Assembly (NCBI GenBank): GCA_033977065.1
Contig: JAXCHI010000003.1
Location: 192,001 to 256,000 of the forward strand
Source of the DNA: Candidatus Algichlamydia australiensis
GTDB lineage: Bacteria; Chlamydiota; Chlamydiia; Chlamydiales; JAJFMI01
Direction of reading: 5' to 3'
Length of the DNA stretch: 64,000 nucleotides
Both the position numbers and the translations under genes were made by a program. Shown in pieces: positions 37,635 through 45,037 of the stretch. Each line of letters opens with the position of its first letter. Position 1 is the stretch's first letter. The notes below the pieces were generated by a model, which saw only the letters and a list, made by a program, of their open reading frames with translations, was not told the DNA's origin and ran no database searches.

Positions 37635-38903
37635 ATGAATAATATTGCTAATAAAGTCGCTACTCTTGTGCTTGCTGGCGGTCAAGGGACAAGACTTTTT
37701 CCACTCACACAATCGCGGTGCAAACCAGCCGTCCATTTCGCAGGACGCTACCGTCTAATCGATATTCCCATCTCCTGCGCACTCAACTCCAAGTTCCACA
37801 ACATCTACATCTTATCGCAATATCTTGCCTCAGGCCTTAATAACCATGTCACGTCAACCTACCACTTTGACCGCTTGCAAGGTGGCCACCTTGAGTGCCT
37901 TACCCCTGAAGAGAGCGATAACCACAAAGTCTGGTTTAAAGGTACGGCAGACGCTGTCCGCAAAAACATCAACTACCTCTCTACCCAAGACTATGAGTAC
38001 TTTCTTATCCTCTCAGGTGATCAGCTCTACAATATGGATCTCAACCACTTTGTTGACTTTGGCCTCAAACGCAACGCCGACCTCACCATCGCAACCCTTC
38101 CCATAGAAAAACGCCAAGCGTCCCGCTTTGGGCTTATGAAAATTGACTCCAACCACAACATCACAGACTTTATTGAAAAACCACAAGATCCCAATGTCCT
38201 CCGCCACTACAAGCTTGACCCTAGCGAACTCAAACACAAATCAGATAAGGCGCACTACCTCGCCTCAATGGGTATCTACTTTTTTAAACGAGATGCCCTC
38301 TTTAAACTTCTAGAAGAGGATGACCGAGAAGACTTTGGCAAACATCTCATTCCCAACCAGATCCGCAAGGGGAGCTCCTACGCCTACATCTACGAAGGGT
38401 ACTGGGAAGATATCGGAACTATTGAATCCTACTTCAATGCTAACCTTGGCTTAACCCGCGGCCACATAGACCTCAATTTTTACTCAGAGCACCAACCCAT
38501 CCACGCCCATACCACCAATCTACCCGCCCCGCGTCTTACCAACGCACGAATCTCCGACAGCATTATCTGTGATGGCTGCATCATTAAAGCCAAAGAAATT
38601 ACCCATAGCCTTATCGGCCTTCGTTCAAAAATCGGTGAAAATACAATCATCCGCAACTCCATCCTGATCGGCAATGAGTTCTACCGCCCTCCAGAAAACA
38701 GCCAACTCCCCGAACAATTCACTATTGGCAGCGATTGTCATATTGAAAATGCCATCATCGATGCCCACGCTCATATTGGCAACAATGTCACCCTGACTAA
38801 CAAAGAGAACCTGCAGACTTACGATAGCGACCTTCTCTACATTCGAGACGGCATCATTGTCATCCCTTCTGGTGCTACTATCCCTGACTCCTTCCACAAA
38901 TAA
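37635..38903 (+). CDS. glgC: Glucose-1-phosphate adenylyltransferase
   Basis: LAGGQGTRLFPLT..RCKPAV, WFKGTADAVR, LSGDQLY, ASMGIY, YWEDIGT, C-terminal hexapeptide repeats. Confidence 0.96.
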   Translation: MNNIANKVATLVLAGGQGTRLFPLTQSRCKPAVHFAGRYRLIDIPISCALNSKFHNIYILSQYLASGLNNHVTSTYHFDRLQGGHLECLTPEESDNHKVWFKGTADAVRKNINYLSTQDYEYFLILSGDQLYNMDLNHFVDFGLKRNADLTIATLPIEKRQASRFGLMKIDSNHNITDFIEKPQDPNVLRHYKLDPSELKHKSDKAHYLASMGIYFFKRDALFKLLEEDDREDFGKHLIPNQIRKGSSYAYIYEGYWEDIGTIESYFNANLGLTRGHIDLNFYSEHQPIHAHTTNLPAPRLTNARISDSIICDGCIIKAKEITHSLIGLRSKIGENTIIRNSILIGNEFYRPPENSQLPEQFTIGSDCHIENAIIDAHAHIGNNVTLTNKENLQTYDSDLLYIRDGIIVIPSGATIPDSFHK

Positions 38904-38959
38904 ATGAATCGTATTTGGTGTATCAAAATAAGATTTTTCTTATAATCATAAAAAAATCC

Positions 38960-39124
38960 TAGATAGTGTCGTCAAAAGCATACAACCATCTTATTTTTCA
39001 TGTTTGGGCTCCATTTTTGTGCTCAAATGAAGCGGAATTTACAAATTCAGCTTCAATTTCCGCACAAAAATAAGCTGCAAACATGAAAAATAATCTGATT
39101 ATAGCCTTTTGACGACACTATCTA
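38960..39124. mobile_element. Family A element, copy 3 (165 bp)
   Basis: Same sequence and orientation as 765-929. Confidence 0.92.
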
Positions 39125-39207
39125 GAAGACTATTTCAACAGAAGGCCCATTGAAGTAGCTAAAGAAGGCAGTGCAACATGCCAAATTCTTCTTGCAAAAG
39201 AAAGTTC

Positions 39208-39942
39208 CTAATCTATCTTTAAAGCTGCCAAGCAACCCTTAACATCATCTTCTGTCAATAACTTATCCCCATTCACATGGTAAAATCGATTACCTAATGC
39301 TGCTAATGCTCCCCAGTCATCAATTGCTAAATACTTGCTATTTTGAAGACCATGATGCTCAAGCCATGAGAGGATAGCTGCAACGCGCTCGCAATAATTA
39401 CCTTCAAATTCAAAACCTTCAAGCGCTTCAAACTCAAATCCTTTCCTACATTCAGGGGAGCATTCTCGTCCCTGCGAATCTGGAGGAGTTTTACCACAGA
39501 TATACTTTGCAAAATCATACCCTGCAAATACTTCATCCTGTAGCTGCTGCAACGTTGCAAAATTTCGCCAAGAAGAGGAAATTATAACAAGCACACGATA
39601 GCCTGCCCCCTCAATCCTGTTAATTAATTCGTGCAAGTTTGCTACGGCAGCAGAGTTAAAATACTTTGCACCTTCTACATGAACCTTGTATAGAGATCTA
39701 TATTGTTCTTCATCTTTCAATTGGCTAACTTCTGAATACACGTTTCTAATTGCAATTTCTGCCTCTTTCGGATGCTTTAATTCAAGTAATACCCCATCAA
39801 CATCAAGAAAAAGAGAGACCGTTTCACGCGAATCTTCTTCTGGAAAAATGCGGTCACGAAAAGAGAGAAGAGAGTAGCCATCTTTTTGAAGGCCATCGTT
39901 TTCAATTGATGAAATGGGTAAAGAGCTCATATTTTTCTCCAA
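39208..39942 (-). CDS. HAD-superfamily domain protein (Swiss-army-knife RNA-repair-type HAD)
   Basis: FLDVDGVL, IISSSWR, GKTP, YLAIDD. Confidence 0.75.
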   Translation of the reverse strand: MEKNMSSLPISSIENDGLQKDGYSLLSFRDRIFPEEDSRETVSLFLDVDGVLLELKHPKEAEIAIRNVYSEVSQLKDEEQYRSLYKVHVEGAKYFNSAAVANLHELINRIEGAGYRVLVIISSSWRNFATLQQLQDEVFAGYDFAKYICGKTPPDSQGRECSPECRKGFEFEALEGFEFEGNYCERVAAILSWLEHHGLQNSKYLAIDDWGALAALGNRFYHVNGDKLLTEDDVKGCLAALKID

Positions 39943-39993
39943 ATATTATCAGCAGTTGTAGCATAAATCATAAGCTGTTTTATGATAAGAAGA

Positions 39994-40737
39994 ATGAAAG
40001 TCTATGCCCTTGCCGATCTCCATCTCGCTTTTGGTGCGCCTGAAAAAGACATGCAAGTCTTCGGGCCCTCATGGAAAAATTATACAGAAAAAATTTCTAC
40101 TCATTGGAAAGAGATAGTTTCAGATGGAGATCTTGTTTTGATTGCAGGAGATATCTGCTGGGCCATGAGTTTAGAGCAAGCCCTTGCCGATCTCAACTGG
40201 ATCGACCAATTGCCTGGAACAAAAGTGATTTCACGCGGCAACCATGACTACTGGTGGCCCTCAAAAGCAAAACTGCATGCTGCGCTACCGAAAAGCATCC
40301 ATGCTATTGATAAAAACGCTCTTACTATCGGAGATATCACCATTGGTGGCGTGCGTCTTTGGGATAGTGAGGAATACTCTTTTGAGTCGTTTATTGAGTT
40401 TCAAGAAAATCCGCGTGCATCTGAAAAAGCGCCACCTGATCCTGAGCAAAACCGCAAAATTTTTCAGCGCGACCTAGAACGTTTAAAATTTAGCCTATCT
40501 CAGCTTGATCCCAAGGCAAAAACACGCATTGCCATGATCCACTACCCCCCGATCGGAGCAGATATGGAAGACTCACAAACATCAAAAATTTTAGAAGAGT
40601 TTCAAATCGATATCTGCGTTTTTGGCCACCTGCATAATGTGCGAGCAAATGCTCTTCCTTTCGGAGAAAAAAATGGCGTTCGCTACATTTTCACTTCCGC
40701 CGACTACCTAAACTTCAAACCAGTTCAAATTTATTGA
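39994..40737 (+). CDS. Calcineurin-like metallophosphoesterase
   Basis: ADLHL, AGDICWA, GNHDYWW, HYPP, FGHLH; start placed at ATG 39994. Confidence 0.9.
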   Translation: MKVYALADLHLAFGAPEKDMQVFGPSWKNYTEKISTHWKEIVSDGDLVLIAGDICWAMSLEQALADLNWIDQLPGTKVISRGNHDYWWPSKAKLHAALPKSIHAIDKNALTIGDITIGGVRLWDSEEYSFESFIEFQENPRASEKAPPDPEQNRKIFQRDLERLKFSLSQLDPKAKTRIAMIHYPPIGADMEDSQTSKILEEFQIDICVFGHLHNVRANALPFGEKNGVRYIFTSADYLNFKPVQIY

Positions 40738-40985
40738 TAAACTTCTCTTCGGTGGCCAACTTTAACAATTAAAACTGTGAGTTTTTTATTTTCAATTGTG
40801 TAAATAATCCGCCAATCTCCTTGGCGAACACGGAATAATGAGTTCGCTCCTTGTAGTTTTTTGACGCTTGGAGGAAGAGGCCTTTCCGCCAGCTTTGCTA
40901 TACGCTTAATGACCTTTGTTTGTTCGCGTTTTGTGAGTTTTTTTATCTGTTTTTCTGCAGCTGGAGAAACAACAATTTTATACAT
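40731..40985 (-). CDS. Type II toxin, RelE/ParE family
   Basis: MYKIVVSPAAEKQIKKL...KKLQG...FRVRQGDWRIIY...VKVGHRREVY. Confidence 0.92.
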   Translation of the reverse strand: MYKIVVSPAAEKQIKKLTKREQTKVIKRIAKLAERPLPPSVKKLQGANSLFRVRQGDWRIIYTIENKKLTVLIVKVGHRREVYQ

Positions 40986-41256
40986 CTATTCCAAGCTCAT
41001 CCGCAAGACGTTTTAACGATTTTCCACCCTTCCGTTTGACTTCATTGAGAGCTTTACGCGCATCAGCAATATCAGAAGCATCTTCGAGAGCTTCCATTGT
41101 TTCTTGAAGAAACCGAAATTCATCAATAGAAATTAAAACTGCCGTCTCTTTTCCGTGACGCGTTACAATGAAATGCGCCCCGCCGAAAGCAATTCTATTC
41201 AATATGTCGGCTTGTTGATCTCTCAAATCTCTTGCTGAAATCTCTCTTGTATTCAT
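40978..41256 (-). CDS. Type II antitoxin, Phd/YefM family
   Basis: ISARDLR...ILNRI...IVTRHGKETAVLISIDEF; AAGGGGA RBS before ATG 41256; overlaps toxin start. Confidence 0.9.
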   Translation of the reverse strand: MNTREISARDLRDQQADILNRIAFGGAHFIVTRHGKETAVLISIDEFRFLQETMEALEDASDIADARKALNEVKRKGGKSLKRLADELGIDV

Positions 41257-41270
41257 TGATTCCCCTTGTT

Positions 41271-41298
41271 TATGTACAAAGTTTACCATATGTACATA
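41271..41298. promoter_or_regulatory. Phd/YefM-type operator (two TGTACA palindromes)
   Basis: TGTACA at 41273 and TATGTACATA around 41291, just upstream of the antitoxin; TGTACA is the known yefM-yoeB operator core. Confidence 0.65.
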
Positions 41299-41452
41299 AT
41301 TTAGTCAAAATCACTGTATTACAACGACTTATAATATCAATATCAGACTGTTCACTTTACCGTGAACATCTATGTTCAGGAAGCACTGAATAACTGTCTA
41401 CCTTGGTATGTAACCTCATTAAGAGCTCTATATACATCGCCAATTAGAGCTT

Positions 41453-41748
41453 TAGAGGATGTTTTCGAATTAGATAGCGTCGTCAAAAGCATACAACCAT
41501 CTTATTTTTCATGTTTGGGCTCCATTTTTGTGCTCAAATGAAGCGGAATTTACAAATTCAGCTTCAATTTCCGCACAAAAACAAGCTGCAAACATGAAAA
41601 ATAATCTGATTATAGCTTTTTGACGACGCTATCTAAAATTCAGTCAATTTTTCGGCTCAATTTAAGGGGGTCATATCCGTAAGTTGATATTACCCCTTTA
41701 AATTGAGTCCAAAAACTTGATGAAAGTTAATTTGAAAACGCCCTTTTA
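41453..41748. mobile_element. Palindromic element family D, interrupted by family A copy 4
   Basis: Outer IR GAGGATGTTTTCGAATTA / TTAATTTGAAAACGCCCTT; inner IR CTCAATTTAAGGGGGT / ACCCCTTTAAATTGAG. Confidence 0.7.
41471..41635. mobile_element. Family A element, copy 4 (165 bp), nested in element D
   Basis: Matches copy 1 with paired substitutions in both TIRs (GATAGCGTC / GACGCTATC). Confidence 0.9.
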
Positions 41749-42534
41749 TACGCCAGTGATTTCGGAAATAATTCGATTAAAGTGTCCCCTTTTTAACTTT
41801 CCAAAAGGATCCTGAGCTTCAAGAATGGAATAATCTGATGGTGAAGCATCTCTCAGCCAATTTTTCAAATTATTTATAAATGTTTTTCCCCAGTTTGGAC
41901 GTTCTTTTTTTAAAATTTTCAGTTCTGAAACTGCTTCTATTGAAAACTCTCCAAGTTGTGACGAAACGTACCAAATTCCATAAAGATCCTTACAAATTTT
42001 GGGTAAGTTTCTTCTTTTTAAAAAAGTAAGTCCTTTATGGAAGATCCAAGCACCAGGGGAAACAACCCAGCCCAACTCACCAGATGAAGTTTGAAATTCT
42101 CTAGTCACCTCAAGACTTAACTCTAAATAACTAAGAGGTTGCGCTACAATTCCTGAAATAAATACATTCTTATATTTATTTTTCCTAGCTAAAGCGTCTG
42201 TTAAGAATTCAATTTCAATTTCTAAATTATTGACTTTTTTTATATAACCTTCAGTTGGCGGCTCATTTAAATCTTTGAAAACGTGAGTAAATCCCGCTTC
42301 AATCAAAAATTTTGCAATATTTTTTTTGGATACCTCTGGAATTTTTCGAGGAACAAGAGAGTCAATATCCCTTGTGCCAATGGGTATTCTCTCAGTTGTT
42401 GGATCTGAAAAATAAAGCTTGTATATCATTAAAGCAAAGCCTCCACCAACCACAATAAAATCTTTCCAAGGCCCTATTGAACGAAGAAACTCCTCTATAA
42501 TTTTTTCCTCATTTTCCAATGATTTAATCGTCAT
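41746..42534 (-). CDS. Nucleotidyltransferase-fold protein (AbiEii/GSU2403-like), putative type IV toxin
   Basis: VVGGGFA, GTRDIDS, IEIEFL, PGAWIFHK...KDL motifs; overlaps upstream gene by ATGA. Confidence 0.7.
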   Translation of the reverse strand: MTIKSLENEEKIIEEFLRSIGPWKDFIVVGGGFALMIYKLYFSDPTTERIPIGTRDIDSLVPRKIPEVSKKNIAKFLIEAGFTHVFKDLNEPPTEGYIKKVNNLEIEIEFLTDALARKNKYKNVFISGIVAQPLSYLELSLEVTREFQTSSGELGWVVSPGAWIFHKGLTFLKRRNLPKICKDLYGIWYVSSQLGEFSIEAVSELKILKKERPNWGKTFINNLKNWLRDASPSDYSILEAQDPFGKLKRGHFNRIISEITGV

Positions 42535-43253
42535 TTTCCACCATATATTTTTTTGAGTTCAGGAAAACGCTCAGCCATAAATTCTGCTTGCTCTTGCCCA
42601 CGCAAGGGGAAGTGGTAAAGATCGAGATACGTGAGCATTGTGGAAGAAATATTTACATCATTTTGGGGCTCAAGCAGGTTTTTATAGTAGGGCTCAATGA
42701 GCAGCACTTCGTATCCTCTTTCTTGAGGTTCCAGCTGAAGACAACTTTCTAATTTAGGTCGTATTGCCAAATCCAGCATATACAATTCTACTGTTTCAAG
42801 ATTAGTGTTTTTACACCTATACATTTCTGCTGCGGTGTGAAGCGCGAACGCAACTTTTTTTGATAAAGCAAATTCTTTGAGAAAATGCAGCACCTCTACT
42901 CTCCCTTCTAAAGAGGTTTGGTAAGTCCACATCCTACATTTTTTTCTAATATCGTAATGATTTAGCCAACTTTTAAAAAGTAACTTTGGTTTTTTTAAAA
43001 TAAACCTTTTCGAAGTGCGTACTCCTTCTGTCTGAAGAAACCCATACTGAGTTAAAGTTTTAAAAATTCTTTGCACGAGGCCAAGACTAACCCTAGTATC
43101 TCGTGAAACTTCTCTTAGCGAAAACTGCTCCTTTTCAATCCCAGTTAAGAGAAGCCAGGCTAAAACAGTAGAAGATTTTTCTGCATAAATATTGCTCTCT
43201 TTAAAGAGTGCATTCGAGCCAATAACAAACCTGTTTCTCATCTTACTGTTCAC
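42531..43253 (-). CDS. AbiEi-like transcriptional regulator/antitoxin (N-terminal wHTH)
   Basis: FSLREVSRDTRVSLGLVQRIFKTL..YGFL wHTH; LTYLDL...RGQEQAE C-terminus; start may be ATG 43241. Confidence 0.72.
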   Translation of the reverse strand: MNSKMRNRFVIGSNALFKESNIYAEKSSTVLAWLLLTGIEKEQFSLREVSRDTRVSLGLVQRIFKTLTQYGFLQTEGVRTSKRFILKKPKLLFKSWLNHYDIRKKCRMWTYQTSLEGRVEVLHFLKEFALSKKVAFALHTAAEMYRCKNTNLETVELYMLDLAIRPKLESCLQLEPQERGYEVLLIEPYYKNLLEPQNDVNISSTMLTYLDLYHFPLRGQEQAEFMAERFPELKKIYGGK

Positions 43254-43296
43254 TATAACAGACTGTTCATTTTATAGTGAACAGTCTGTTATAGTG
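43245..43296. promoter_or_regulatory. Perfect 19-bp inverted repeat plus extra half-site; putative AbiEi operator
   Basis: CACTATAACAGACTGTTCA-8 nt-TGAACAGTCTGTTATAGTG (43251-43296) with an additional ACTGTTCACTATA immediately to the left. Confidence 0.75.
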
Positions 43297-43383
43297 TTAA
43301 TAATCAAGTGACTACCTCATTTTTTTGTTGCTGAAAATAACATTTTTTGTAAAGATAAACTATCAATTCGGGAGGTTTATTAC

Positions 43384-43506
43384 ATGATTGATTTTACTCT
43401 TTTAATAATCTCTGAAATTTTTGAGTGGATAATTAAAGCTATTGTATTAGTTGTTTCCCGCGTTTTAAATTTATCCCAAGGAATAAAGAAGTTATTTAGG
43501 AGATAG
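43384..43506 (+). CDS. Small hydrophobic peptide, 40 aa (not in ORF track)
   Basis: GGAGG 8 nt before ATG; MIDFTLLIISEIFEWIIKAIVLVVSRVLNLSQGIKKLFRR. Confidence 0.5.
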   Translation: MIDFTLLIISEIFEWIIKAIVLVVSRVLNLSQGIKKLFRR

Positions 43507-43547
43507 TCTTTCTCTCCATAGGAGAAACTGGGTAACAACTTAAGTTT

Positions 43548-44501
43548 TTAGACGGATTCGAATTTGTTAGCCACAATCTGCTCAATATATGAGAGATCAT
43601 CTTGCCGTATAGGGCGATCACCTAAGAGCTCGCGGAGCGTCTGCTCATCTTTTTCGTAATCGTTAAAATTGAGGTAGTCACAAACAATTTCTGTAAGTTC
43701 GCGAAGATCTTCTTCTTCAATGACTTGTTCTTTAGCAAGAAGAAAAACCTCTAAGAAGAGATCACTCTCTGTCGCAGAAGCGGTGAGCCGCAAAAGTTCA
43801 TAGAGAAGTTCTACGTCAGGCTCTTCTTTAAGCTCTTCAATAAGACGCTCAGCCATTGTCTCTGCTTCTGCTTCGTCTGTCTCAAAAAGAAGGGGCAAGC
43901 GCAAGAAATCAAATCGCCGCTTATCATGCACGTAAGAGTGAAAACCATCGACTAGCTCTGAGACATCGAGATGGCGTCCTTCATCAATCAAATCAAGGCA
44001 GTAATCAAAGAGAAAAATTTCTAAATCGTGGGCCAAGTAGGGTTTTAAAGCATCCCAAATCTCCTCTTCGTCTAAACCCTCATCAAAGGAATCATCTAAA
44101 ATGTTTTCTAGTTCTTCAAATTTTTCGAAGAGGGCTTCAGGTTCTGTAAGCTTTTCTAAGTCATAAAGCAAAAAGAGATAGTCGAGCTCATCACAAAAAA
44201 TAGAGAGGGGTTGCTCATCTTTGACGAGACGGCGCCATAGCTCAAAAATGGGAAGATAGAGCTTTTCATTCTCCTCATCTGTGAGTACTTCAAATAGCTC
44301 TTCTGGTGAAGCGCACTCATTAGCAGCGTGAACGAATGCCTCTTCATCAAGCAGGAGACCTTGATCCGCTAAAATAGCAAAGAGACGCTTCGTTTCGAAC
44401 ACGCGGTAGTCTTCGATCTGCCATCGCTCCACTTCCATTGAGGGATCCTCAAGAAAGTTAATCTGCAACAAATTGTAAAAGGCTCTGCCTTGAAACTCCA
44501 T
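43548..44501 (-). CDS. Highly acidic hypothetical protein
   Basis: 317 aa, very Glu/Asp/Leu-rich; WQIEDYR, YLPIFELWRRL, SIFCDELD motifs. Confidence 0.7.
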   Translation of the reverse strand: MEFQGRAFYNLLQINFLEDPSMEVERWQIEDYRVFETKRLFAILADQGLLLDEEAFVHAANECASPEELFEVLTDEENEKLYLPIFELWRRLVKDEQPLSIFCDELDYLFLLYDLEKLTEPEALFEKFEELENILDDSFDEGLDEEEIWDALKPYLAHDLEIFLFDYCLDLIDEGRHLDVSELVDGFHSYVHDKRRFDFLRLPLLFETDEAEAETMAERLIEELKEEPDVELLYELLRLTASATESDLFLEVFLLAKEQVIEEEDLRELTEIVCDYLNFNDYEKDEQTLRELLGDRPIRQDDLSYIEQIVANKFESV

Positions 44502-44584
44502 TTAATTAAAAAAACAATTAGATACTTTTTATCTATTGTATAACAAAAGTGACTTTTTTTTCCTTTCTCTTGTAGAATATTTTT

Positions 44585-45013
44585 GTGAGGAAGCGCTATT
44601 CATATCTTTTATTCGAAGTCGTAATTGGTATCGGTCTTTTGGGACTCTGCTTAACGATGCTCACTATGCGCCCCATTCTTTGTGGCCGCAAAACTTTTAA
44701 AGATTTAGAAGCAATCGAATTGGAACGTATTGCTGAAGTTACTTTTGCAGAAATTCAAGAAGAAATTTTGCATAACCATCCATTTGCAAGCTTTGCATTG
44801 ACAGAGAAGGAAGCTAAAGACTTTGACTTGGATGATTATCTCTTTACTTTGGTTCCAGGAAAGCCACGAAAACTCAAGCGCTCCTATAAAATTTGGAAGA
44901 GACGCAAACAGTTTGGAGCTGATGGTCACAATGTAAAGCTTGTGCGTTGTGATATTTTTTTAGGAAAAAATAGATATTCTAACCTTCTGTTTTTAGAAGA
45001 AACTTCACAATAA
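44585..45013 (+). CDS. Type II secretion minor pseudopilin-like protein
   Basis: Degenerate prepilin motif RKRYSYLLFEVVIGIGLL. Confidence 0.6.
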   Translation: MRKRYSYLLFEVVIGIGLLGLCLTMLTMRPILCGRKTFKDLEAIELERIAEVTFAEIQEEILHNHPFASFALTEKEAKDFDLDDYLFTLVPGKPRKLKRSYKIWKRRKQFGADGHNVKLVRCDIFLGKNRYSNLLFLEETSQ

Positions 45014-45037
45014 TAAATTTTTTTGTATGTTAAATAC

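Noticed and set aside
38904..41345. Possible dif site or origin explaining the skew change
   Set aside because: No convincing XerC/XerD site or DnaA-box cluster found by eye.
765..41748. Autonomous IS, integron or TnpB/IscB system behind the palindromic elements
   Set aside because: No transposase, integrase or RNA-guided nuclease ORF in the window; the RuvC here is the ordinary resolvase beside ruvA; elements lack attC RYYYAAC/GTTRRRY ends.
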